DNA of 64,000 bases, taken from the NCBI RefSeq assembly GCF_018350175.1, contig NC_058368.1:201936001-202000000 (forward strand), written 5' to 3'. The DNA comes from Felis catus (taxonomy: Eukaryota). Positions 23,668-36,080 of this stretch are shown in pieces. Below the pieces are notes generated by a model. It was not told the DNA's origin, ran no database searches, and worked only from the letters and a program-made list of their open reading frames with translations. The translations under genes were made by a program, and so were the position numbers. Numbering within the stretch: the first letter of the stretch is position 1; each line of letters starts with the position of its first letter.

Positions 23668-25259
23668 GGAGTATTACTCGGCAATCAAAAAGAATGAAAT
23701 CTTGCCATTTCCAACTACATGGATGGAACTGGAGGGTATTATGCTAAGTGAAATTAGTCAGTCAGAGGAAGACTAATATCATATGACTTCACTCATATGA
23801 GGACTAAGACACAGAACAGATGAACACAAGGGAAGGGAAGCAAAAATAATATGAAAACAGGGAGGGGGACAAAACATAAGAAACTCTTAAATATGGAGAA
23901 CAAACAGAGGGTTACTGGAGCGGTTGTGGGAGGGGCGGTGGGCTAAACGGGTAAGGACTCTACTCCTGAAATCATTGTTGTACTATATACTAACTAATTG
24001 GGATGTAAATTGAAAAATAAAATAAAATTAAGTAGAAAAAGGAAAAGAAAAAAATTAATAAAAATAAAAAAAAATACTACAAGCTTGGTGAGTTTGTATA
24101 CGGTTGGCACCGTAGAAACTGGCACACTTCTGTTCAGGAGGAAGAGACACAAAGTCTAAAACATAGTCCTAGTACTTTAGTTCAATAATGGATGTTCATC
24201 AAAAGCCATCAAGACTATATGAACATACATAGATTACCTTTGGTTGTAGAGACAAAAATATCTTCTGTAATGATCATATCTCACATTACGAAAACTCCAT
24301 AAGGATGGGGACCATGTTTTCTGTTGTACCACAAGGTTAGCCTAGTGCGTGGCGAACACAGTAGGCTTATATGGAATTTACACTTACAGAACGAATAACA
24401 AAATAAACACAGTGATGCACCTTGGAGCTATAAGCCTTAGTTACCTGAAAAATTTGCTTATGCGTGATGCAAATCTCAGTTCCTGAGGTTTAATTGTATT
24501 TCTAAAAGGAGTAGTTCATTTTGGAATGCCAACCCTAAAATTATTTACAAGGTTTATATGCTTTGTATATTCTTTATTGAGTGCACACAGTAGAAATGTA
24601 CACAATATAAAAAACCTCTAAGGTGTTCCTTCCTTAAAGTTCACTAGCTATCCAATGCTTTCTCTAGTGACAAATACAATTCCTTGTCTCTTTTTCTTTC
24701 TTTCCTAACTACTATTAAATACAAACAAATTTAATTTTATTTAATTCAGTAGTGTTTAGGAGATGTTGTCTTGAAAAAGCAGGTGTTCTTTCTTTTTTTA
24801 ATAAGGTAAACTTGTTGTAATTAGAATAATTTGCATCCTACAGATGAGATGCTGTCCAGAATTCAATGATCCAGAAGTGTTCTTTGAACATCAAAGTAAA
24901 AATGGGTATTGTTGTTCTTTATTACTCCCTAATGAAATTGGACTTGGCAGGAGCAGAGCCTGGAATAATGCCAAGTTTATTCCCAGAGTTTGCAATCAGA
25001 GAGCAGAGTGTACTAGAAACCAGAGAGGCAGTATTGTGTGTAATTATTGAACCAGTGTTGGGCATTTACTAGGGACTGAAGAGGAGAAAGGGTATGAACA
25101 TTTATTGATCAGTAATAATCGATACAATGTGGTGAAAGGATTCCTGGACCTGCTTCATGACACCTGAAATAGTTCCCTTTTTTACTCAAGATGCTTTACC
25201 TTGGAAAATTGCTTTCACTTCTCTGGGAAATGTGTCCTTATTAATAAAATGAAATTTCA

Positions 25260-25384
25260 GGGGTGCCTGAGTGGCTCAGTAGGTTAGGTGTCTGACTCTT
25301 GATTCTGCTCGGGTCATGATCTCATTGTTTGTGAAATGGAGCCCCTCATAGAACTCTGCACTGACAGTGTGGAGCCTGCTTGCG

Positions 25385-25422
<38 letters not shown>

Positions 25423-25465
25423 CTGCTTGCACATTCGCTGTCTCTAAATAAATAAACATTAAAAA
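25260..25465 (+). mobile_element. CAN-SINE
   Basis: Head, (CT)n, tail; TSD-like aaatttca. Confidence 0.93.
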
Positions 25466-25919
25466 TTAAAATTTCAAAGATGTCTTGCAAAACCAATATT
25501 TGATAATTCTCAAAAGGCTGGCCATAAGTTGTTTAACCATTATAATATCTTCATTACCTATAAAGTGTCATAGAACCTAAGGTACTATTATTGCGGTGGG
25601 TCAATGAGGTTTTAAACTTGTGTTGAACATGAGCACAGCTATAAACTTACAGCCAGGTTGAACTGGCTTCCAGTTAACCTCCAAGGAATTTAGGGTTTCT
25701 CAGTTTAGGCTTTTAGGATTTCTATATCTAGGTTTTCACCAGAGCAGGCTAATTTTTTTTGTCCTGAAAAATGTTTATTATACTTTGCATGACTTTGAGT
25801 GTGCATATCTGCATGTGTGGAGTTTTGGGCCACAATCTACAGCAATGGAATAGTCTTGAATGTTAAGCTCTAACATTAGGAAGCAATGGATCCAAAACAA
25901 TTCCATCAGACAAATCTGA

Positions 25920-26075
25920 GGTTTCAGTCTTGAATCTTCCAGTTACTTGCTTTGATTTAAATATCAGTTTTTTCATCTACAAGGATATGTAATAAAGAAC
26001 TGTAACTCTTGAGGGTTCATACAAAGATCAAATGAGATAATTCATTTAAAATGTGTAGCTCAGTGCCTGACTTCA
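25920..26075 (+). mobile_element. MIR fragment
   Basis: cagttttttcatctacaa...aagatcaaatgagataattcatttaaaatg...cagtgcctgac. Confidence 0.6.
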
Positions 26076-26254
26076 ATTAAAAATGTATTTCATTCTTGTT
26101 ATATTTATTATGATAATGTTCTGGTAGATCAGATTTTTTTTCTTTTTTCAGTGCCCCATAAAGTCGATTTTCATTTTCAGTTGGGTAAGAATTCAGTTGT
26201 TGAAGACATATCGTAGAAGCTTCATTGACATTCATATTTCATTCCCTTATTTCA

Positions 26255-26430
26255 TTTTTAAATAACAGCTTTATTGTGATAACATCCTTATACCAGATAA
26301 TTCACCCATGTAAAGTGTACAATTCAGTGATTTCTATCATATTCAGAGTTGTGCAACATACCACACAATCAATTTTAGAAAACTTTAATCACTCCAAAAA
26401 GAAACCCCATACTCATTATCAGTTACTCTC
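26255..26430 (-). mobile_element. L1MB-like 3' end
   Basis: acagctttattgtgata...aattcaccc...aaagtgtacaattcagtg. Confidence 0.75.
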
Positions 26431-27369
26431 AGTTATTTCATTTTGTCTGTAGAAGTGAAGGAAAGGTCATTCTCTAAGACTGCTCCTGAATAAATGAGTG
26501 TTAAATAGATGAGGGGAGAGTGTATAATGCAAATAAGCTTGAGAGCAAGATACAAATATTTTAACAAAGTGAATGCAGTAAAATTCGACGAGTCCTGTTT
26601 CAAATCTGTAATGTGAGAAAAAGTAATTGTGAAAAAGAGAGCACAATTTTCTTTTGATAAATAATACTCATCATACTATCATTATTTTGACAATTGTCAC
26701 AAAAATATTTATTATCCTTGACTTAATAATGTTCTTCTGGGAATATATCCTTAGAAAATCATTGAAATCAGTTAAAAAAAAAAAAAGTAAGAGCTCTGCT
26801 TACAGTTAGGATATAAAAAAATCATGAAAGACCTTGATTCCCACTGACACAAGTGACCCAATACAACAAAAATTTAAACTTCTGTTCAAAACCACCATTA
26901 TGTGGAAAATCCTGTTTCATAGGCACAAATAAATCTAAAAGAACTAAACTTTCCAGAGAAACAAACTCTTCATGGGTGAGAACGCGATGGAGAGCCCTTT
27001 TACTTGGCGTACTTGCTGTGGTTGGGATCAAGATAGATGGAGCAACAAGCCTCCAGCTCAAGAACAATCTTGGCTTTGACTAAGAGAACTTTGCCAAACC
27101 TTATCAACTTTTGAGCCAATGTGAGTCTGAGTCTGAGGAAACTTCAAATGCAAAGAAAATGCTCTTCCCTCGTTTATGGTCTTACATGAATATTTCACTG
27201 AATAGTCAAATCTTGGACCAGGAAATTGAAAGATTGCATTACTTTACAATCTCACAGTCTAAAAGTCTTGTATCTTCATTGTTTCCCAATCTCAGAAATC
27301 CTGCAGTCTCCAGACATGAAGCTGTGTGGTCTCATTGTCCTATAGTCCTAGAATGACTGGAGTGATTAA

Positions 27370-28025
27370 TGTCGGCAAGAATATGGTGCAGCTGGCACAC
27401 ATATATTGCTGGTTGGAATGTGAAATGGTACACCTACTTTGGAAAATGGTTGAATACTTTCTTTAAAAATAAACATACACCTACTCTATGTCTCAGAAAT
27501 TCTACTCTTAGGTATTTTTCCAAGAGAGAGAAAAAAACTATGTCCACAAAAAGGCTTGTATAAGAATGTTGACAAAGGTTTATTCATAATCTCCTAAACT
27601 GGAGGCAACCCAAATGTCCTTCAACACATGAAGGCATGAGCAAATTCAAACAGTGGAATACTACTCAGCAATACAGACAAATAAGCTACTGGTACAGATA
27701 ATGACATGGATGAACTTCAAAAATATGCTGAACCCAAAGAGCCAGACACTCAAATAAATACTGTATGATTATTTATATCTCATCCTAGAATATGCCAAAC
27801 TAACATGTGGTGACAGAAAGCTGATAAGTGGCCTTGGGATGGGGAATTTGTGGGGAGGATGGGATTGACTGCAAGAGGCTCGAGGGAACTGTCCGAGGTG
27901 ATGAAAATATTCTATGTCCTTATTGATGGTCATGGAAGTGTACATTTGTCAAAACTCATTGATCTGTATAAATTGTGCATTTTATTATATTTAAATTATA
28001 TCTCCATAAAATTGATTTTTAAAAA
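27370..28025 (+). mobile_element. Ancient L1M 3' end
   Basis: tgctggttggaatgtgaaatggtac...aacccaaatgtccttcaac...aattatatctccataaa. Confidence 0.8.
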
Positions 28026-29176
28026 GGAAATGTACTTGAAAATTCAAATAAATCTTCTAAACAATTATTTGCTGGAAAATATTCATTTTAGTGTTTGTTA
28101 TACAGTAAAACAAAGACATTGAAACAAATTATGTAACTAGAAGTTAAGCAATGGCATAGTGAAATTAAGGTATCTCAGTGCTGAGTAACATTATTTAGGG
28201 TGGTTAAATTTCTGATTTTATTACAATATTTAATAATATTTCCAATATTATTATTTAGAACGACATTATTTGGGGCAGTTACATTCCAATCATTAAGATT
28301 GTGTAGCAGCATGGCAGAAGTTTAGATACATACATAAACATTTAACTAGGAAACAGACTGAAAAACTGGAGTGTTACAGATTGCTGACATCGAGATTAAT
28401 GGGATTTGTAAATCTAAGCTCTACAATCTTGACAAAAATCACAGTTATCATTTTTAGCTGAGTCTATACTTTTCTGATAATGTGCAAGCAAAATAACCGT
28501 AATAATAAGAAATAACACTATTAGTAAGAGTAAGGCAATAGAATAGATGAAACATGTCTAGCTTAAATGATTACATTTGTGAAAATTTATCATCATTCTT
28601 TCTCAATAAGAATTATGAAAGCTTTTGTGAAAATTTCACGTTAAAATTTTTCATTTCTAACCTTGCAAGTATTAATGTTTGTTAAATATTTCCCCAGTTC
28701 ATTATATTAATTACTAAGCAAAGCAAACGTAAAGTTTATATCTCTATGCTTTATTATTTGTGTAAGTAATAATATCGTTAAAGTTTAGCAAATTCTTCAG
28801 ATTATGCATTTTATTAATATATCAGTTTTTTTTTCAAGTTTAGCACAAGCAAATCTTGTGAAGAAGTGTCTTAATATATTACTATTCCTCAAGTTCTGTA
28901 AATATCTATAATAAAACTTTAGTGAGAATGGGCCAACAATCTAAAACTTAAAATAAATTCATGTCTCAATTATGCTATCTCTAGGTAGAAAATTTCAAAA
29001 TTCCAAAACATTCTTTTAAGGAAAATTTAGAAAATATATGTTAGGTTATGGTTTCTAGAAACCATTGCTTTAATGGCATAAAATCTGCACTTCTTTGTAC
29101 AAAAATGTAAATTAAAAAAAAAAAACCACCCTGCATTTCAAGCCTATTTGGTATGGGATAAAACAATAGGGAAGAT

Positions 29177-29410
29177 GGGGCACCTGGGTGGCTGTCAGCT
29201 AAACATCAGACTCTTGATACTAGTTTGTGAGATCAACCCCTACATTGGGCTCTGTGCTGAATGCGGAGCCTGCCTGGGATTCTCTCTCCTGCTCTTTCTC
29301 TCTCTATGCCCCTCCTCTGCTTGTGTGTTCTCGTTCTCTCTCTCTCTCTCTCCCTTTCTCTCTCTCTCTCTCTCCCTGTCTCTTTCTTTCTCAAAATAAA
29401 GAAACTTAAA
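29177..29410 (+). mobile_element. Older CAN-SINE
   Basis: Head, long CT tract, diverged TSD caatagg(g/a)aaga. Confidence 0.9.
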
Positions 29411-30569
29411 AAGCAATAGGAAAGAAAACAGCAATATTTGGATACATTTTAGCATAGAAAAATACTCATAGCAGCAATTCACCATTCAGTGTTCTTAGAA
29501 CTCTCAGAAAAATAATTGATAATTATTTCAGTTATATTCGTACCTGTAACTTATACTGTTCAAGTTGTCCATGCTGTGCTTGCAAAGCAATGACATGCAG
29601 TAGGTGAGATAAGTAATACACATGAGTTTGATTTACATTTTGGAATTCAAGGGCACAGGGTAAAGAATAATCAGGACTGGAGCTATTGAGGGAAGTCTCT
29701 AGAGTAGTTAGCAATCAAATAAAGGAAGGCTCAAGATTGTTCTTTTACAAGGTGGGATATGTAGCTGGATTGTGTCACTGCAGGAGAATTTATCTGGTAA
29801 AGGTAGTCATTCAGTGAAATGTAAGTTGTCAAGGTGTATCTAATATGGCCACTCCTTTGAAGAAAGAGAGAAAGGTAATATTTCTTCCCGTGAAGAATAT
29901 TGAGCTTTCTCAAATCTAAGGTTGTTTCCTAAATGTATCCATTGATAAATCTAAATGGTTTATAGTTTAAAAAAACAGATGGTAGCCAGTTTCTCTATTT
30001 CTTCCAATATATTTATTGTCTACAAAGTTTAGGAACATTGGAAGTCCTTCTAATGTCTCACATAATTAATGCCTTTGCAACTGAAGAATCACTACTGTCT
30101 GAATGACTTAAACATCTTTCCTTAGTTACAACTTCCCCAGACACAACCTTCTACTTTACTTTCATAGAATAGATGTTTTCTATTGGATATATTTACTTTG
30201 AAAGTGAAAGAAAGCGGTCCATAATAAGATGTATGTAGTAAAGTACATAGGCTTTTTTTTTTTAAGTATAGTAGACCTTTCTAAAGAGCTGAGGATTTAA
30301 AGTTAAGTTTTCAAAGAGGGTCTTGAAAACCCTGTCTTTATTGTTATATATGACTGTTAACAGATAGTATATAGTTTATAGAAATGCGGAAAAAAATTTT
30401 AAACATGATAGGTTTGTCTGCAATGGCAAAGTTCCTATACAGGGCAGGGTGGACAGAGTTTCATACTAAAATTAAGACCCAGACTATTCATATACTTAAC
30501 AAAGAGTAACTATTCACATCTGACTACATTCCAGGGACCAAGGACCTTCTAATTAATAACCTTGCTAAG

Positions 30570-31720
30570 AACCGTATGAGAAAGCTGAATATTGTTCTAA
30601 GAATGTAGAAGAAAAATTGGATGGTCAGGTAAGGGTTTTATGGGAACTAATCATTTGAACTGAAGTCTAGATCATGAGTTGGAGGATCTAGGCAAGAAGA
30701 GGTGTTCTAAGATGAGATAAATGCTAGTGCAAAGGACTGGGGAAGCAGAACATAAGCTATTCAAAAACCTAGAAGGCTAGAGTGGTTGGAGCACCACGTG
30801 AGAGAAAAAGTGATATCAGATGAGGCTGAAGAGCTAGGCAAGGAAAAGAACTTTGCAGGGCTTGTGGATGCAAGATGACTCTTCAGTTTCTGGCTTGTGA
30901 AATTGGGTAGATGGTGATGCCATTAACTGAGTTAACGAGTCCTAAAAGAAGACAAGGTCATGAATTTAGCTTTAGTCTTTTGTTTAGTTTGAGTAAAAGG
31001 ATGACTTTAAGCCAGGTAAGTGGAAATATCTAGAAGAAAAACAGGATTCATTGATATAAAGCAAAAAGAGATGTCTATACTATAGGTGTAAATTGGGGAG
31101 TCAATACATGGAGATAGTAATTGAAATATTTGGCAGGAATGAAATTACTGAGAGAAAGCATATAGAGGAGAAAGAAAGTTCCAGCCTTGAAACATTTAAT
31201 GTGTAGGTAGGTAAGATAAACTTAACACAGAATTGAGTAGTTGCACCCAGAATATAAGAAGAAATCTGGGAATAAATAGTACCAATGAAGCCAAGGGAAG
31301 AGAGAAGTGGCCGACAGGTATAAATGTTACAAGTGGATTAAATAAAATCAGGTTGAAAAATCTTTTGGATTAATTATTTAATGGGGCAAAGAATGGAGAT
31401 TGAGAAGTAGATGGTTGGGAAGGAAATGAAGACAATGAATATGGACAACTTAGTCAAGGAGTTTGCCTGTGAAGGGCTACATAGAGAGGGATTTAAGGGT
31501 GAGGTTTATCTGTTTTGTGTTTCTTTGCTTTGATTGGTTTTAAATATAGTCAGGACATGAAGATATTTAAAGCTGGTGTGGCTGAGGCAAGGAAGAAGGA
31601 TAATTAAGGTAGTGTCAATTCCTTAAGAAGGCAAAAGAAGAGTTGATTTAGAGCACCAGTGAAGGGCCTTGGCTCAGCTCCCTTATCCTACTTTGAAGGG
31701 AGAGAAGATGAAATATAAAG
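30570..31720 (-). mobile_element. L2 LINE fragment
   Basis: cagtttctggcttg...gggtagatggtgatgccattaactgag and other L2-type purine-rich text. Confidence 0.7.
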
Positions 31721-31755
31721 AGACTAGATTGTTGGATTTATTTGGGAGAAATTGA

Positions 31756-31798
31756 AGTAGGTTCAATCCAATGACTTGTGTGTGTAGGTTCAATCCAA

Positions 31799-31847
<49 letters not shown>
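31756..31847. repeat. (GT)n microsatellite with duplicated flank gtaggttcaatccaatgac
   Basis: Direct reading. Confidence 0.92.
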
Positions 31848-31849
<2 letters not shown>

Positions 31850-32152
31850 GGAGGGAGACAAGATCATAACTAGTTAATATTTAGTGTTATACTGAGTTTC
31901 CTAACTTTAAAATGGAATGTTTTGAGGATTGGTTGAATTAATGAATGTAAAAGCACAATGACAAACTGAAACTGTTGTTTATACTGATTATTTTTATTAC
32001 AGAAATTCCCCTGTAAATTTGGATACTTTTACATATTTTTTAAATAATCCATGAGGTCTTTTTCTTTTGTGGCATTGTTTCCAATTCCTTTATCAGATAA
32101 ATAATATTTATTATTTCAAAATATTGTGAGAGTAATAGACATGTATAAAATA

Positions 32153-32360
32153 GGAATGCCTGGGTGGCTCAGCCAGGTAAGCATCCAACTGACTCTTGAT
32201 TTTGGCTCAGGTCATGATCTCATGGTTCATGAGTTCAAGCTCTGCATTGAGCTCTGTGCTGGTGGTGCAGAGCCTGCTTGGGATTCTCTCTCTCCTCTCT
32301 CTCTCTCTGCCTCTACCCCACTGGCATTCTCTCTCTCTCCAAATAAATAAACTTTAAAAA
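32153..32360 (+). mobile_element. CAN-SINE
   Basis: TSD atgtataaaata. Confidence 0.94.
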
Positions 32361-33057
32361 TGTATAAAATATTTTATTTATTAAAAATCACAACATAAAT
32401 TCAGTATTTTACTTTACTTACATGAAGTGTGTTTGCTATTCATTCAGTAGGCATTAATCAGCCTCTTATTGTATTTTATTTTTTGGATGGAAAGTTAATG
32501 GTATCATGTAAAGTGTCTAAGAGTAACTCCAGTACAATAATTTCAAGTTCTATCATACATCCATTGCTTATGTGAAAATGTCACAAAATGACCAATATCT
32601 TTATTTTTATTTTTCTTCCATTTCAGTTCTTTTAATCTCCTTAGGACCCAAATGCTTGTTTGGCTTTCCATTTTGCTTCTACCACTTGGAGAACACACTT
32701 GAGCAATTCCAACATGTAAGGTAAAACAGAAAAGAAAAGAAAAGGTCCACTGTTTGCCAAATTATTTTTCTGTGTTCACATATATCTGGAACAACTTTTA
32801 TAAACTATTTTTCGATTAAACCTTAAAACAATGCGCTAATTTCTCTACCCAAGTGTTTTTAAGGGCTACCTGCTTTGGTACAGTTTCAGCAATGCTACAA
32901 GTTGCTATAGTCTATACTTGCCCACTCCTATTATGGTTTTTAAGTTATTACATTTTAAAATGCACCACCAAAAATTTTAACACTTTATTCAAAAATATGA
33001 TTAAATCATGATTAAAACAAGATTATAGACTTTGAGATCATAAAATACAGTATAGTG

Positions 33058-34840
33058 TAAACAAATCTGGAAAGAACACAAATACATGGAGGGTAAATAA
33101 CATGCTGCTGAACAATAAATGGATCAACCAAAAAATCAAAGAGGAAATAAAAACATATGTGGAAACAAATGAAAATAAAAACACAATGGTCCCAAATCTT
33201 TGGGATCCAGTGAAAACTGTTCTAAAAGGGAAGTTTAGAGCAATACAGACCTTACTCAACACACAAGAAAAATCTCAAATACGCAATCAACCTTACACTT
33301 AAAGGAGCTAGATAAAGAAGAGCAAAGCCCAAAGCCAATAGAAGGAAGGGAATAATAAAGATTAAAGCAGAAATAAATGAAATAGAGACTAAAAGAAAAG
33401 ATAAATAAAACCAGGAACTGGTTCTTTAAAAAGATAAAATTGATAAACCTTTAGCCAGACTCATCAAGAAAAAATAGAGAGGACTCCAATAAAATCAGTA
33501 ATAAGGGACAAGAAATAACAACTGACACAACAGAAATAAAAAGGATTATAAGAGAATATTATGGAAAATTAGATGCCAACTAGAAGAAATGGATAAATCC
33601 CTAGAAATATATAAGCTCCCAAAATTGAATCAGGAAGAAGTAGAAAATTTGAACAGACCAATTACTAGCAATGAAATTGAATCAGTAATCAAAAAACTCC
33701 CCACAAATAAAAACCCAGGACAGTAGGGATTCATAGTGAATTCCACCAAACATTTGAGAAAGAGTTAATGCTTATTTTTCTCAAAGTATTTCAAAAAATA
33801 GAAGAGGAAAGAAAGCTTCCAAGTTCACTTTACAAGGATAGTATTACCTTTATACCAAAACCAGAAAAAGATGCTACAAATAAACTATAGCGCAGGATCT
33901 CTAATGAACACAGATGTAAAAGTCCTCAACAAAATATTCGCAAACCACATTCAGTTATACATTTAAAACAATCATTCACCGAGATCAAATGGGATTTATT
34001 CCAGGGATGCAAGGTTGGCTCAAAACTCACAAATCAATCAACATGATACACTGCATTAAGAAGGAAATGATAAAAGCTATATGATCATCTCAATAAATAT
34101 ATAAAAAGGTTTTGACAAAGTATAATAGCCATTCATGATAAGAATTCTCAACAAAACAGGTTTTAAAGGGAACATACCTCAACATAATAAAGGCCATATA
34201 TGAAAAACCCAGAGCTGAATTCATACTCAATGGTGAAAAGCCAAAAGCTTTTCCTCTAAGGTCAGGAACAAGACAAAGATGCCCACTCTTCTTCAACATA
34301 GCACTGAAAGTCCTAGCCAACAACAATCAGGCAAGAAAAAGACAAAAAAAAAAAAAAGGCATTCAAATTGGTAAGAAAAAAGTAAAATCATGAATTTTTG
34401 CAGAATGCATGAATACTATATATAGAAAATCTAAAGACTCCATCAAAAAAATCTACTAGAACTGAAAAATGAATTCAGTAAAGCTGCGGGATATAAAATT
34501 AATATACAGTAATCCACTGCATTTCAATACACTAGTCATTAAGTTGCTCAAAGGGAAATTAAGAAAACAATCCCACTTACAATTGCCTCAAAAAGAATAA
34601 AATACCTAGGAATAAACTCAACCAAGGAGGTGAAAGACTCTGAAAACTATAAAATGTTGATGAAAGAAATTGAAGATGACTCAGATAAAGGGAGGGACAT
34701 TCCATGCTTATTCATCAGAAGAACCAATATTGTTAAAATGTCCATACTCCCCAAAGCAATCTACAGATTTAATGCAATCCCTATCGAAATACCAACAGCA
34801 TTTTTCACAGAACTAGAATAATACTAAAATTTGAAAAAAA
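33058..34840 (+). mobile_element. Internal L1 ORF2 fragment (post-endonuclease through RT), decayed
   Basis: [46 protein letters not shown] motifs; many stops and indels. Confidence 0.93.
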
Positions 34841-34877
34841 TATCATACAGTATACTGAGAAATATTTATGAAGCCTA

Positions 34878-35336
34878 TTGTGGGCAAACTCTGTGCCCTG
34901 CCATATCCCCTAGGTTCTTAGCATTGTCACACACACCAGTAGACTTCCAAAGACAGCATGTACATCTGTCTGAAGGTTTTCTCTGGCAGTCTGAGGCTGT
35001 TCTGCGGGTGCACAGTAGCAGTCTGAAAGCCTCAGGAAATTTACAACCCCCCAAGTAGCCACAACTGATGGAAGACAGTGTTTAAATACTCCAGATTCCT
35101 TGTCCTTCAGTCTGAATAAGGTACGTGTTCTACATTAGCTCCCAATGTCTACAATGGCAATTTCCCTAATAAAACACTCTTGTTATTTTGTTAAATTATT
35201 ATGTCATATGCTATTTAAGTTTGTCTCTATTCCCTCTTTCACTTCCTCACTCTGCTACCAGTGTTTCCCATCTAAATTATTTACATTTGAATCCTCTTTT
35301 TTAAGGTTTACTTGTGGTGAAACTCAAACTAAGATA
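34878..35336 (+). mobile_element. LTR16-like ERVL solo LTR
   Basis: Starts at tgtgg; 3' end ...gaaactcaaactaagata resembles the LTR16 terminus. Confidence 0.65.
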
Positions 35337-35385
35337 CGATCACATTTTCTCATTATGTATTTTCTAAGATACTTAAAAATTCTAT

Positions 35386-35605
35386 GGGGCACCTGGGTGG
35401 CGCAGTCGGTTAAGCGTCCGACTTCAGCCAGGTCACGATCTCGCGGTCCGGGAGTTCGAGCCCCGCATCAGGCTCTGGGCTGATGGCTCAGAGCCTGGAG
35501 CCTGTTTCCAATTCTGTGTCTCCCTCTCTCTCTGCCCCTCCCCCGTTCATGCTCTGTCTCTCTCTGTCCCAAAAATAAATAAACGTTGAAAAAAAAAATT
35601 TTAAA
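35386..35605 (+). mobile_element. Young SINEC_Fc, no TSD found
   Basis: Nearly identical to the copy at 6486; CpGs intact. Confidence 0.96.
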
Positions 35606-35652
35606 CATGGTGGAGAGAAAAGAGAATAAGAAGGGCATATGCTGCCACCACA

Positions 35653-36080
35653 GTGGGGAATGTATTCCAAGATTCCCAGCGGATGCCTGAAACGGCAGAT
35701 AGCATAGAACCCTAATTATACTGTGCTTTTTTCCTGTACTTATGCATCTATGATAAGGTTTAATTTATAGATTAGGCACAATAAGAGATTAACAAAGACT
35801 AATACTTAAGTAGAACAATAATAACGATATACCTAAAATTATGTGAATGTGGTCTCTCTCTCAACATATCTTATTGTACTGTACTTACCCATATGATTAT
35901 GTGGAATGATAAAATGCCTGATAAGATGAAGCCAGGTGAATGATGTAGGCATTGTGACAGCTTTAAGCTGACACTGACCTGAGGATACTTCAGAAGGAGG
36001 ATCATCTGTTTCTGGACCATGGCTGACTGCAGGTAACTGAAACTGCGGATAGTGAAACTGTGGATAAAAGGGAACTACTG
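35653..36080 (+). mobile_element. MER44-like TcMar-Tigger DNA transposon
   Basis: ttccaagattcccagcggatgcctgaaac...; right TIR ggataaaagggaactactg followed by TA; left TIR eroded. Confidence 0.82.

Larger units (their letters stand above)
20178..24070 (+). mobile_element. Composite felid L1: sense 3' fragment (20178-20322 and 23083-24070) hosting an antisense 5' segment
   Basis: ORF2 C-terminal text (WDLIKVKSFCT...SKIYKEFI) resumes at 23083; 3'UTR and A tail; degenerate outer TSD aaaatactctgagct (20163-20177) / aaaatactacaagct (24071-24085). Confidence 0.93.

Noticed and set aside
24844..24904. Plus-strand exon-like segment (similar ones near 1552 and 32645-32720)
   Set aside because: Weak acceptor or donor, unrecognised peptides, no consistent frame chain
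26822..27356. Cluster of 75-80 aa ORFs in unique DNA, possible pseudogene
   Set aside because: I translated several frames on both strands and recognised nothing; no poly(A)/TSD; splice signals weak
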